Origin: Eledone cirrhosa
Taxonomy: Eukaryota
Direction: 5' to 3'
Length of the DNA: 64,000 bases
Assembly: GCA_964016885.1 (NCBI GenBank)
Contig: OZ024742.1
Coordinates: forward strand, 186,000,001 to 186,064,000
Both the position numbers and the translations under genes were made by a program. Positions within the stretch are counted from its first letter, which is position 1, and every line of letters starts with the position of its first letter. The notes under the pieces were generated by a model that made no database searches, had not been told where the DNA came from, and worked only from the letters and a program-made list of their open reading frames with translations. Below are positions 11,841 to 23,837 of the stretch, one piece after another.

Positions 11841-12187
11841 ATTACCATTAGAAGTCCTTCGTAAAGATATAATTTTTTGACGTTAGATTTTTTCTTCCTT
11901 AAATTTTTCTTATCTCCTCCATCCTTTCATGCTCGTTTTAAACTACTACTTAATTTGACTTTTACATATTACAATACATAAAAACAAACTTAAACCCTAA
12001 CTAATTTCTTTAATATATTATATTATTACCATTAGAAAATATTTCGTAAACATATATACTTTTTGATGTTAGATATTTTCTTCCTTAAACATTCTTTTCT
12101 TCTTTCCTTCCGCGCTCATTTTTAAACAAACTATTTGCGTACACATATTACATTACATAAAAACAAACTTAAACCCTAACTAATTCC
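11841..12187. repeat. Tandem duplication, period ~184 bp, in the PLE 3' region
   Basis: attaccattagaa...catattaca(a/t)tacataaaaacaaacttaaaccctaactaatt starts at both 11841 and 12025. Confidence 0.85.
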
Positions 12188-12689
12188 TCTAAATTCATAA
12201 CTCATTCATTCTTCTCCTTCTTTCACATTATATCCTTAATAACATTAATATTTTTATTTTAATAATACATATTAATAAATTCTTTTCCTCGCACATATTA
12301 TTAAACCCTTCAATATACAAACTTTAATTTAATACTATTCTTAATTCCTTTTTCTTCATGCATAAACCTCATTAACTTTTAATTTCAAAATCTTTTAAAT
12401 TATCTATTATCTTCCAAGGGTTTTTTAATTTCTCTCTGTGAGACAATATACATTTTTTTCTCAGTTGTAAAGGCTATCTCTCTCTCTCTCTATCACCCAT
12501 CTCTCCATCCTCTCTCATCCTTCCTTCTTACACTCCTCCCCCACCATCCTTTACTCTCATCTCTTCCTCTTCCTTACCTCCCCCCCCCCTTCTTCCCAAT
12601 CTCATACATCAATCTTAATTTATTTTTCATATGTTGATTTAAAACTTCACTATTGACAAGTGTTTTTTAAGCTTCATATCATGTCTCCC

Positions 12690-12760
12690 TATTTTATCTG
12701 ATGAAAACGCAGATATCATCCCATGATGATATTTGTTTTTGAAATGCGCATAATAAAATA
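12690..12760 (+). ncRNA. Type I hammerhead ribozyme (PLE type, palindromic minimal stem III)
   Basis: tattttat CTGATGA aaacgcagatatcatc-ccat-gatgatatttgttttt GAAA tgcgca TA ataaaata. Stem I is a perfect 8 bp, stem II pairs at 15/16 positions, and the core is intact. Predicted cleavage is after AUA at 12752. Confidence 0.9.
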
Positions 12761-12815
12761 CTTGGAACTCTTTTAACTATCTTTTGATCTTATATTATAT
12801 ATATTATATATATAT

Positions 12816-13030
12816 AAAGAGCCCATGAGATTTCCAGCTGGAAATTTCCCCTCCGAGGCACAGACCTGAGCAAGATTTTTCTATGGATGACCAGCAGTCG
12901 CCTATGCATACCAATCTACCCTCTCCACGCCACCGATATTGTCCAAAGGAAAGGCAAAGGCTGACACAGCTTGGCACCAATGACATTGCAACTCATTTTT
13001 TTTTTTTGCAGAAGAGTGAACTGGAGACGG
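12816..13030 (-). mobile_element. SINE fragment with Nin-domain-like segment
   Basis: Minus strand ctccagttcactc...aaatgagttgc resembles the Nin/Deu SINE domain. The 3' part matches 10994-11104. Confidence 0.6.
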
Positions 13031-13464
13031 AACAATGCAGTTTGAGAAACATTTGACTGCTCCTTATAGTATAACAAGCTATGTGTTATATCAACTTTAT
13101 GAAGCAATATTAAACATCCAGTTTAAAGTTTAGAATATAACATAGTTCAAGAATTAAATCGAAAAATCAGAAGAGTAAATTACTTGAAAATAGTCCACAT
13201 GGATTAGCAGGAAACCAGTACATTAACTTTCTCTTCAGTAAACAGCTAATATAAAAAGACTGTAAAAAGTGAGGCAGGTATGAATATTAAATTGAAACAT
13301 TAACTTTAAAAAATCGATTAATAAATGTAGTGTGTAGTTAGATTGTGTGGTGTTTATTACGTTGATGTATATAGATCAAATGGCTTAAGTTTATCTTTTA
13401 GTCGTAAAGGAACGTATCAATTTACACCGGTGTACACGAGCACAAGCACAGACACAGACTTCTG

Positions 13465-16400
13465 TCTACCAAATTAAGTTGCCGTTATTATACAAAACAG
13501 CACCGAACTTCAAGCAAAAGCACGGCACATTGTGTTGAAAGAAAAAGGCGGACAATTGCAAATAATCTCAGAGTCCCATCGGTCCTATGACAGTTTGCAG
13601 TATGTTCTATTTTTTTCCTTTTGGCGATGACGTATGGCATCATGAGCTGTTAATGAGCAACAACAAGAAGTTGAGGCCAATGCGCTACTATGCCTATCGA
13701 ATAATGAACCATGAGAATGAATTCAACCAACTTCTCAGAGGCGGTCGTTTATTTCAGCAATATTTGGTTGACATGGCTGCGAAGATTGAAGGAGATAGAC
13801 TGCAATACATCCGAATGAATCAAACATCATTGCGATCTATAACATACAAGGGCCTTACTGACGAATTGAATGATGACGATTTTCGCAATATTGGCAGGCA
13901 AATCATACTCTCTTCCACATTTGTCGGTTGACCGGATGATGGAGCGATGCCAGGTTGCCATGGTGTACATACGGAAGTACGGCAATCCTTCGTTCTTCAT
14001 CACAATGACATGCAATCCAAACTGGCCTGAAATCCGGCAAAAACTATTCCTGAATCAGAAGCCACATGACAGGCCAGATTTAATTGCCAGAATATTTGAC
14101 CTGAAGCGGAAAATGTTAAGAAAGTATCTTACTGGAGTAGATGGCCTATTTGGCAAGTGCATAGCTTACGTGCTGACAGTCGAATATCAAAAGCGAGGTC
14201 TTCCTCATGTGCACTGTTTGCTATGGCTCAAAGAAGCCTCCAAGCCCAGACCGCAGGAATATGATAAATTTGTTCAAGCCGAAATACCAGATCCCAACAA
14301 AGATCCAGAGGATCATGAATTGGTGCTGAAGCACATGATCCACGGTCCGAATTTCTCTAACAATTCGCCGTGTTGGAAAGATGGAACGTGCAGTAAGCGG
14401 TACCCTAAGCCTTTCAATGAATATACATTGTGTGGAGAGGACTCTTATCCTGTATACAGAAGACGGTCTCCAGGAATGGGAGGATTTGAGGGACACCAAG
14501 AAGGAAGGGGAAGTCGAAATATTACTTCGGAATGGGTGGTTCCCTACAATATGAAACTATTAAAACTGTTCAACTGCCACCTAAACGTAGAGATGTGCTC
14601 TTCCGTGAAATCGATCAAATACGTTATCAAATATACCATGAAGGGCAGTGATCAGGCAATGTTTGGAGTGAACAGGGAAGATGAGATAATACAGTATTTA
14701 ATAGTAAGATATATCGGTCCTTCAGAAGCTGTTGCCTTGGTACATGGATTTCTAATTCATGAGAGAGAACCGGCCGTAGTTCGCCTTCAAGTTCATCTAC
14801 CTGAGGAAAATCAAATCTTCTTTTGGGTCAATGCTGCTGTTAAAGTAAACAATAACATGACTAAGACGACTCTGACTGAGTCCATGGATCTTTGCGATCG
14901 CGATCCGTTTGCAAAAACATTGTATTATGCCGATGTCCCAAAGTTTTACACTTCGAGTAATAAGAGATGGGAAAGGAGAAAGGTGGGGAAAACAGTTGAG
15001 CAGTATCCAGGGATTTTTTAGGCGAACGTTTTGGGACGAGTATACACTGTTTCTCCACGAAGTGGTGACCTGTATTATTTAAGACTCCTTCTGCATCACG
15101 TCAAAGGGCCAGTATCCTTCAACTCTTTGAAAATTTGTGATGGAGAACTCCTGTCATTATTCAAAGACGGCTGCAGAGAGAAAGGTTTGCTTCAATCGGA
15201 TGATCATTGGCAGCAGACTCTGGAAGATGCTGAGCGAACAAGGCTTCCCAAAGCCATGAGAGATATTCATCGTGCTCCTCACAAATACGGAAATTGACAA
15301 TTCCAGTGATTTATGGGTTCGATTTAAGCATTCGCTGTCTGAGGATTACCTTCAAATAGAAAAAAGGGTTACCAGAAACTCTAACCTTTTGCTTAGCGAG
15401 AGACATTATGATCAATATCTTCTGTATTTTGAAGACAAACTTAACGATCTGGCAAAAGTCTTAGTGACTTTAACTTGCCAAGGCCAAATAATATTGTTGC
15501 TAATCAGGATATTGGCAATTTGGAGTTATTGCATGAATTGCAATACACCAGAGAAGAGCAGCGACGAGTTGTAGAGGAGACGGAGCCTCTATCGAATAGT
15601 GATCAAAAACACGTGTATGACTTCGTTTGTAACAGTTTAGAGACGAACACATCTGCATTGATTTTCATTGACGCTCCAGGTGGAACAGGAAAGACATTCC
15701 TGATTAACTTAATTCTTTCAAAAGTCAGGGGAAACGGTGACGTGGCTATTGCTGTTGCGACATCTGGCATTGCCGCAACACTGATGCCTGGTGGAAGAAC
15801 AGCGCATTCAAAATACTGATAGTAGTGTAAGAAAATGGTCTGTGCAACATTGATAAAAACTCAAAGACGGCAAACCTCTTCCAGCATACAAGGCTGATTG
15901 TTTGGGATGAGTGTCCTATGATTCGGAGGGAAAGCTTCGAAGCTGTTGACCTCACTCTGCGTGACATATGCGACAACAATGTGGCATTCAGTGGAATTTT
16001 GACAATTTGCTGTGGCGATTTCCGTCAGCTTCTTCCGGTAGTGAAAAGGGGAAATGAAGCGGACGTGGAAAACGCCTGCATTAAAAAATCCTACTTATGG
16101 CGAAGCTTCAAAAGATTACAGTTGAAGACAACCATGCGATTGGGTGAGGGAGCAGGAGACTATTCACAGTTCCTATTGGATATTGGTGAAGATAAGATAA
16201 AAAAAACTGAAAATGAGGAAATTATTTTACCAAAAGAAATGGTTCTCCAAGCAACAACTATGGAAGAATGTATTGATTTCATCTACCCCTCATTCGACAA
16301 TCCAGCTGAAGTGTTTTCGAACAATTGCATCTTAGTACCTATCAATGAAATGATGAGAAGCATCAATTCTACCTGTATCAGACTCTTCCCTGGAACCATA

Positions 16401-16937
16401 AAAGAGTACCGATCCTATAATTCTGTGAGTGATGGTGCCAATGCCACTCATTTCCTGACTTAATTCCTTGATTCGGTTGAACTATCAGGACTGCCACCAC
16501 ATAACCTGGAATTGAAAAAAGGATCGCCAATAATTCTTATGAGAAACTTGAATCCTCCAAGGCTTTGTAATGGAACAAGCATGATCGTGGAAGAACTGCA
16601 CGACAATCTCATAGTAGCAAGAATCAACACTGCTGCTTTCAGAAATGAGATCGTTATGATACCTAGAATAAGAATTAATCTATCCGAAGGTGAGGATATC
16701 CCTTTGAAGCGAAGCCAATTCCCAGTTTAATCGTGCTTCGCTATGACTATTCATAAAGCACAAGGACAAACTATGGAAAACGTCTTGGTTTATCTGGAAC
16801 GACGTGTATTCCAACACGGTCAACTATATGTAGCCTTTAGCCGCGGAAAACGAAAAGAAAATGTCAGAGTGTTTCTGAAGGATACCCAGTCAACTAAGAA
16901 TGTTGTCATCAAAAGCATTCTTTTGAACAAACTGTAA
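13465..16937 (+). pseudogene. Helitron RepHel transposase (HUH Rep + Pif1 helicase), 5'-truncated and disrupted
   Basis: ISESHRSYDSLQYVLFFPFG. Rep motifs: FITMTCNPNWPEI, VEYQKRGLPHVH (HUH), KYVIKY. Pif1 motifs: DAPGGTGKT, IVWDECPM, GDFRQLLPV, FAMTIHKAQGQT, HGQLYVAFSR. In-frame stops at 15019, 16461 and 16728. Frameshifts near 13610, 13930, 15270, 15450 and 15815. Confidence 0.95.
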
Positions 16938-17582
16938 CAGCATAAATATGAGAAAATGTTGATTCCGACGTCAGAAAATGAAAGGAAAAGGAAAAACTAA
17001 GACAAGTAAGAATAATTTCTTTCAAATTTTTGTAAATAAAACCAGCTTTTCATTAACATTGCAACTTTTTAAGCAGAAAAATCTTTCAGAACAAACAGTC
17101 AAGCATCCATAGAGATATAAAAAAAAAGAATTTTAAAGTGGAGTGATTGGATAGCTATTAGTGAAAAATGATTTGATATTTTCTTTGTGAAAATACTTGT
17201 AAATAATACAGTGGAAAGACAAGTTTCGCGTAAATCGGACCACGGGATCCCGAGATACGCGGGTTTTTTCGGGTACCCTTATAAATAACCAAATCAGCGT
17301 ATAATGGGAACATTCTTTGAAAGTAAGGTACCATTGAAATGTGACTACAAACGCCGATAGTGGTTGTGAGAGAGAGAGAGAGAGAGGGAGAGAGCTGGTG
17401 GTGTTGTTGAATGAAATTATGACAGGTGACTTCAAAGAATTGAATACAGCATTACTGTATCTAGCTTGAATTTGGTGACTGAATATTAAGTTATATGTAT
17501 CTTATAACTTGTGTTAGGACAGGATGTATGTGTGTGTGTGTCTGTAACCAGTGTATATAGGCCACAGACACCCACACACACA

Positions 17583-17629
<47 letters not shown>

Positions 17630-17771
17630 TTACATATACACACACACATACACGTATATATATATATTGTCTTTCCAATGTCATTTTATATTATATACAT
17701 TTTGTGTATATTTTAATTATTTAAAAATTATTTTTAAGTGAACATGACCCAACGGGTCACAGGTGGTCTAG
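13465..17771 (+). mobile_element. Helitron (formerly autonomous) with canonical 3' end
   Basis: RepHel is followed by the hairpin tgaccc-aac-gggtca (17745-17759) and CTAG (17768-17771) then T. No 5' TC end was found. Confidence 0.85.
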
Positions 17772-18151
17772 TATATTACTAAAACTCTGTGATTGCTTGC
17801 TTGCTTATCTGTAATGTAATACAACCAAAAGGGCGCATAATGGGAAAACACTTTGAAAGGAAGTTGACCCTGAAATGGGAATACAACTGGAATAAAACAA
17901 GTTTCGCGAACGGGTTCTCGAGATATGGGGGTTTTCCGAGACCTTCATAAACAGAGAGAGAGAGATAGAGAGGAAGAGATAGTGTTTGTGGGAGAGTAGA
18001 TTGAAAGAGAGATACAGAGAGAGGGTGAGGAGGCATAGGAGAATGGAAAAGAGAGAGAGAGCTGGTGGTGCTGTTGTGTATATATATGTGTGTGTGTGTG
18101 TGCCTATGACCAGTACATATAGATCACAGACACCCACATATATATATACAC

Positions 18152-18189
<38 letters not shown>

Positions 18190-18350
18190 ATACGCACACA
18201 CACACACATTTATATATATCCATACACTTACGTATATATATATATAGGCCTTCCAATTTCATTTCACATTATATACATGTCCGTGAATATTTTAATTATT
18301 TAAAAATTATTTTGAAGTGAACATGACCCAACGAGTCACGGGTGATCTAG
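17772..18350 (+). mobile_element. Non-autonomous Helitron in head-to-tail tandem
   Basis: Starts with tatattactaaaac directly after CTAG, shares blocks with 17200-17771, and ends in tgacccaacgagtcacgggtgatCTAG-T. Confidence 0.8.
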
Positions 18351-18399
18351 TTATACAATGTTTTCTTCCTTTTAGAAAGAAAATGTGATTTGACTGCTA

Positions 18400-19448
18400 T
18401 AGACGATGAAGTAGTAGAGCGTCGGTTTAAATGCCTTTGTATTTTCTCCGGCTCTCTATACTCTCAGTTCAAATCTCACCGAGGTCAATTTACTATCCAT
18501 TCTTCCAGAGTCGATAAATAAAGAACCAGAGGGGGCAGTGGATGAACAGAATTGTTAAAGAGTCGGGCGGGATTCTTTGTCTTATCTCTTATCTGGCACA
18601 GTGCGTTCTAAGCTCAAATCTCGTCTCCTGTTACCAGAAAAGCAGTCACGCTTTTACAAGAAGTTGCGACAGTCTTACAGTATCAGCAATGGAATAACCA
18701 ATTGAAACATTATTTCCTTGCTTCGATCTGACGATCGGCTCCTTTCCTATTTCTAGCAAGTCTGGAGGCCATGCAGATGGTACTAATATGGTGGATTAGC
18801 AGTATCGGTAGAACGTCAGACACCATGCTTTTCAGTATAGAGTTATGGCCCTTTACGTTCTGAGTTCAAATCCCGCCGAGTTTAACTTTGCCTTTCATCC
18901 TTATGGGGTCGATAAAATAAAGCACCAGTAATACACTGGGATAATTGCTGGCCTTGTGCCAAAAGTAGAAACAATTATTACTGCCGTCACTTAGGGAGGT
19001 GAATTAACAGACTTTCCCTTTCCCACAAAATTGCTGGCTTGTGCCTAAATCAGAAACCATGGTGAATTGGCAGTATCGGTAGAGGGTTGGACGCCATGCT
19101 TTGCAGCACAGTTACGTCCCTTTACGGACTGAGTTCAAATCCCACCGAGGTTAACTTTGCCTTTCATCCTTACGGGGTCGATGAAATAAAGTACCAGTAA
19201 TACACTGGGATAATTGCTGGCCTTGTGCCAAAAGTAGAAACAATTATTACTGTTGTCACTTAGGGCGGTGGATTGCTAGTATCGGTAGAGCGTCGGACAC
19301 CATGTTTGCAACAAATAATTACGGCCTTTTACGTTCTGAGTTCAAATCCCATCGAGGTTAGCTTTGCTTTTCATCCTTACATAATCGATAAAATAAAGTA
19401 CCAGTAACGCACTAGGGTCAATTTAATCGACTTTCCCCCTCCACAAAA
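18400..19448 (+). mobile_element. Tandem cluster of SINE copies: degenerate at 18400-18630; good copies at 18790-18981, 19061-19250 and 19262-19448; internally deleted at 18992-19060
   Basis: Repeated gagttcaaatccc B box and gcctttcatcctta...gataaaataaagtaccag domain. Confidence 0.9.
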
Positions 19449-19500
19449 TGCGTAAATCAAGATTGACAAATGACAAGTCACAAGCATCTTTTTTTAGAAC

Positions 19501-19540
19501 AGCCAATTGTAGAACGCCACCTGGTATTCTACAATTGGCT
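19501..19540. repeat. Short hairpin
   Basis: agccaattgtagaa-cgccacctggta-ttctacaattggct, with 14-bp perfect arms extendable by gcca/tggt. Confidence 0.7.
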
Positions 19541-19660
19541 ATTACCACCAGTAGTCACTGAAACTTACATTCATACCGTTCTTATTTAATTCGATTAATT
19601 TTGAAATTGTCGTAATCTAAATGATAAATTATTAATTAATACAAGAGCTAGCTTTTATAA

Positions 19661-19705
19661 AGGCCGCACAAGAAACTCACGGAGGCCGCAGGTTCCCCAC
19701 CTCTG
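19661..19705. mobile_element. Solo hAT (Charlie-like) terminus
   Basis: ggccgcaggttccccacctctg, whose RC cagaggtggggaacctgcggcc resembles CAGGGGTGGGGAAC-type hAT TIRs. No partner end was found. Confidence 0.5.
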
Positions 19706-19802
19706 GTATATACCATACTTTCGCTAAGCAGACACAGGCATCCAGTGGAACATATGGGATATGAAAGCTGGAAAGAGAGAGTGGGGTGCATCTGCTCTGG
19801 GC

Positions 19803-19875
19803 TGGTATTTTCTTTATTGACCCGCAAAGGATGACAGGCAAAGTAGATCTCAGCACGACTTGATCTCAGAAGGCA
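19803..19875 (-). mobile_element. Degenerate SINE central fragment
   Basis: tggtattttctttattgacccgcaaaggatgacaggcaaagt is the RC of the SINE central domain. Confidence 0.65.
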
Positions 19876-20289
19876 GAACACAGAACAAATACCGAATACT
19901 CAAACGATACTACCGAATCAACTGCTTTGACTCTATGATGGCAAGTAAACAAAATCAATAAGAGATTAAACAGACAATATATATAATTGTATTAAATAAA
20001 TCATTTAAATTTTAATGAAATAATATCAGCTATTCTAAAGTAAAGACGTCAATACTTAAATTTTGACAGGTTTATTGTGTGTTGTGCTCGAGATATAACA
20101 AGGAAAATTATATTAGATCAAGTACAGTCTTTATCTATCGTCTGTGTGTATGTGTGTGTCTCGTGTGTTGGAGTGTTCTCTGAGTGAGTGTCATGGAACT
20201 TGACAGTTTAATAAATACACGCCGATAAAATAAGCACCAGACTGTAACGCATACCGGTTTCAGTATGATAAACCAGTATATATATATAT

Positions 20290-20412
20290 GGATGTGTGTG
20301 TGTATCCATGTGTGTGTGTGTGTGTGTGTGTATCCATGTGTGTGTGTGTGTTTATCCATGTATGTGTGTGTGTCTGTATCCATGTGTGTGTGTGTGTGTA
20401 TGTCTGTATCCA

Positions 20413-20501
<89 letters not shown>
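20290..20501. repeat. (TG)n microsatellite with periodic tatccatg interruptions
   Basis: Seen directly. Confidence 0.9.
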
Positions 20502-20503
<2 letters not shown>

Positions 20504-20691
20504 AAAAAAAGCGAGGTTTCAGATTAAAGTCTTCATAGATTATACATAGTTACGACTGTTTCACAGATGGGTGGCTAAGGATCTACATTAGAGTCCCGAT
20601 TTTGGCACCCGCCTCAGTAAACCACGAATCTACTGAACCACATGTTATATATATATATGTGTATACATATATGTGTGTATATTTATATATA

Positions 20692-20790
20692 CAGTGGCGG
20701 ACTGGCCAGGTTGCCCAATGGCAAGTGGGCCGGGGGGCGGGGGGGCGGTAGCATTGTAAGAGATCACAGTAGCATTGCAGGGCCCACTGT
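20692..20790. mobile_element. Possible hAT-like terminus (CAGTGGCGGACTGGCC)
   Basis: GC-rich island that begins cagtggcggactggcc right after a TA tract. No partner TIR was found. Confidence 0.4.
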
Positions 20791-21313
20791 AGTATTTTAG
20801 GTTCCACTGCTTTGCTTTGAAAAAATACCTGAAATCTAAGAGAAAGAATAAAAATGTTTTTAAAATAAATAAAACAATTAAACAAAGCATTTGGTCCACC
20901 AATTGCCCAGGGAATTACTAGAAACCAAAATATACGATAGTGCAAATAGCTGGAACCAGTGGTTGTACATGGTACTAAATCTAAGGCTTAGTGTATGCAT
21001 GCAAACATACATATATAGTCACACACACACACAAGAATATATACATATTTATATAAGAGAGTATTGAAGTTTGCTTGAAGCATTGTGGAACAATAAATAA
21101 ATATCTTTAAGTCGTTTGGAAGCCTCGACAATGCAAATGGGTAAATCTCCGGGTAACAAGGTCCGGTCGTGGAGAGAGAGATGTAAGTGGATGTACGTTG
21201 CGAAGCGTGGTGTGTATAAGATGTGTGAGATGTGTAGAATGAAGGGAAGAGTATAAAGGATAAAATAAAAATAACAACACAAGAGAGAGTTACCTTGGGA
21301 GAGATTTAATAGT

Positions 21314-21349
21314 CCCTATATATTTCGGATTCACATCCATCAACTGGGG
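21314..21349 (-). ncRNA. Degenerate or variant minimal hammerhead motif
   Basis: Minus strand: ccc CAGTTGA t ggat-gtga-atcc GAAA tata TA ggg. The stems and GAAA are intact, but the core differs from CUGANGA at two positions. Confidence 0.5.
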
Positions 21350-21529
21350 TTTTTTCCGGGGTGGGGGAAAAGGTTGTCTGTCGGACAAGTCCGGAACGCA
21401 TCCTTCGCTGTTTGTTGTTTTGAATATCTATATTTATATATTTACACACGAACTACTGACCAAATAATATTTGATATCAAAGGGTTAAAGACATCTGTCA
21501 AATCAATTAGTGGTGAAGGTCGTGTATAT

Positions 21530-21638
<109 letters not shown>

Positions 21639-21730
21639 TATATAGTAATAATAATAAATGTGAAGACTAAAATCCAAAGAAGGCTCGATAAGGATAAATA
21701 TATATCAAATATATAAGAACCCTAGAGCAA

Positions 21731-21838
21731 ATATTTATTAAAATAACAGATTAAAGTTTAAGCAAAGAATCGCTGAAGATCCCGTTAAGGGTGAAAACAG
21801 CGATTCTTTGCTTAAACTTTAATCTGTTATTTTAATAA

Positions 21839-21842
<4 letters not shown>
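21731..21842 (+). ncRNA. Perfect inverted repeat (45-bp arms) with a hammerhead core in its 22-nt loop
   Basis: ...gaatcg CTGAAGA t-ccc-gttaa-ggg-t GAAA a cagcgattc... Stem III and the cleavage site are replaced by the inverted copy. It lies between (TA)n tracts. Confidence 0.7.
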
Positions 21843-21916
<74 letters not shown>

Positions 21917-22062
21917 ATACTTTGGGAGGGTCATGTTGCCAATAAGAAACACGCGCACCAGATGCTTTCACTTCAATTTATTATAATAAATTTATAAATT
22001 TAGGAATTTATAAATTTCTGGTTGGTTGGTTGGTTCCACAACCAGATGATTGTTTATATATT

Positions 22063-22105
22063 GTCAAAGTTCTTTCGTCACACATTCTGTGACCTCTTCA
22101 GTGAC
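22063..22105 (-). ncRNA. Minimal type I hammerhead ribozyme
   Basis: Minus strand: gtca CTGAAGA g gtcaca-gaatg-tgtgac GAAA gaac TT tgac. It is ~200 bp downstream of a GIY-YIG ORF on the same strand. Confidence 0.8.
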
Positions 22106-22306
22106 TGGGGATTCTTTTCTTTGTTTTTGTGCCTCTCCTTTGTTCTGTCCTACGCCATCTTGTTTTTGTGTGTGTGTTGTGTACCTAGTTTGCGCATGTG
22201 TTACATCCGGGTGTCTGTGTGTGTTTATATTCGTTTATTTATTTGTTTATTTACATGTTACTGGTTGGTTGTTTGTTCTATGTGCGTGTGTGTTTTCATT
22301 TTGTCC

Positions 22307-22741
22307 TTAATTGTAAGTTGTGATGTTGCTGTTCCACTCATGTTTTCTATTTAATTTTGGTTGGAGTTCATTTATGTTTATTGCCTCTGTGATTTGTCTA
22401 AACATTGCATCTTTTCTGTTTGTAGATTCTATTTTTATTTCTATGTTCTCTAATTTACCCTTATGTTCTATTTTAGCATTTTGGTAGAATACAAATGATT
22501 CTTTACTATCTTGAAGGTCTCGCCAGTGTTCATTTATCCGTTCCCCTATACTACGAGCTGTCTCACCTATGTACACTATATTTTTATCTCTACATTGTCC
22601 TTCAGTACATCTTATGTTATATACTACATTTCTAGTTTTACAGTTAATATGGGGGCTTAATTTACAGATTATACATTTCTTATCTATATAGGAAGGTCTT
22701 TGAAAAGGGTATGTATTGCTAATAAGTGTTTTTATGGAGGT
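22307..22741 (-). pseudogene. Penelope-like element GIY-YIG endonuclease, C-terminal fragment
   Basis: C..C......C...NVVY.I.C....C.....YIGET.R....RI.EH...R.ITEA..I....P.LN...EW. The 5' end is capped by a palindrome. Confidence 0.9.
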
Positions 22742-22773
22742 ACCTCCATAAAAACACTTATTAGCAATACATA
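22710..22773. repeat. Perfect spacerless palindrome (32-bp arms) at the PLE 5' truncation point
   Basis: tatgtattgctaataagtgtttttatggaggt|acctccataaaaacacttattagcaatacata. Confidence 0.9.
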
Positions 22774-23663
22774 AATACATAAATATTTAAATGAGTAAAT
22801 AGATGTATTAGGGAAGAAATATATAAAAAGAAAAAAAGAAATAAAAGGAAGAAAGAGAGAAGAAGAAAGAAGAAATAACGGCAAAAAGAAAGAAATTAAG
22901 GGGGTAGGTAGAGAGACCGTTGTTTTCAAACATTAAGTCAAATAGAGGCAACCAATTAAATAACATGAACTTTTTAATAGCTGTTGTATTTGGTTATGTT
23001 TAAGCTAATTATACTTATATATTATATCAAAATTAAACAAATAAAATTATTTTCTATAGCCGTCATTCACCAAATATTTTGTTACAACTTTTAAAAACAT
23101 TTTTATCTTTAAAGCATATTTAAATAATTATTAAGTGTATTGGGATATTTATTAAACCACATGAATATATCACCATCAGTATATATATATATTTGTTATA
23201 TTAAGATCATTTATTATCTGAGTTATTCTATTTTCTTTATAAATCATTGATTGTCATTTAATTACAGGATTAAGTTGCAGTTATATTTACTCTCAAAAGT
23301 TTTATTATTTCATATTTACTTCAGTAATTACTTATTATTATATATAGTTTCCCCTTAAGGATTTTCACATATTATTAAACTGCATAATTCATGTTAAATA
23401 TAATTTAGCAAGCTATTCAGACAGAACAAAATTATTTACGAAGAATGTAAACAAAGGAAGATAACTCGTTCATCATATGTGAACATTTAAAACATTTAAA
23501 TACTTTGAAACCAGAAGATATTTCAAACCACAAATCAAGAAATTTCTAGTTAAACAATGACCTTTCTAAATCCAAACAAAGGATAATGAGACTCATAATG
23601 AGATTAATTTACTAGATAAAAACGACAAAGAAAAAAAAATTTTCCGGTAAGGCAAAAAGTTAT

Positions 23664-23718
23664 ATACTCTTTTACCTGTTTCAGCCATCCGGCTGAGGCC
23701 ATGCTGGGGCACCGCCCT
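23664..23718 (-). mobile_element. 3' tail fragment of another SINE family
   Basis: RC ggcggtgccccagcatggcc...gctgaaacaggtaaaagagta resembles an octopus SINE tail, recalled from memory and not searched. Confidence 0.5.
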
Positions 23719-23837
23719 AATTTTTTTTTTTAGAAAAATTATTAATAGTCAGTATTTTTTAGAAATTTGTAGAATGCTTGGAAAGCAGAAGAACTCTGAA
23801 GAACCTTGAAGAACTTTGAAGAACTTTGATAGGCAGA

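Larger units (their letters stand above)
11157..12795 (+). mobile_element. 5'-truncated PLE: GIY-YIG, ~1.2-kb AT/pyrimidine-rich 3' region and hammerhead
   Basis: GIY-YIG ORF and hammerhead lie on the same strand, with (TA)n at both ends. Confidence 0.75.

Noticed and set aside
11991-12180. Telomeric repeat (aaccctaac)
   Set aside because: Only single units inside a 184-bp duplication, not an array.
13870-16937. Functional host Pif1 helicase or active Helitron
   Set aside because: It is fused to a Helitron Rep domain, has at least three in-frame stops and about five frameshifts, and the 5' end is missing.
19515-19526. CTCF-like site (RC accaggtggcg) in a hairpin loop
   Set aside because: Only a partial motif match, which is expected by chance.
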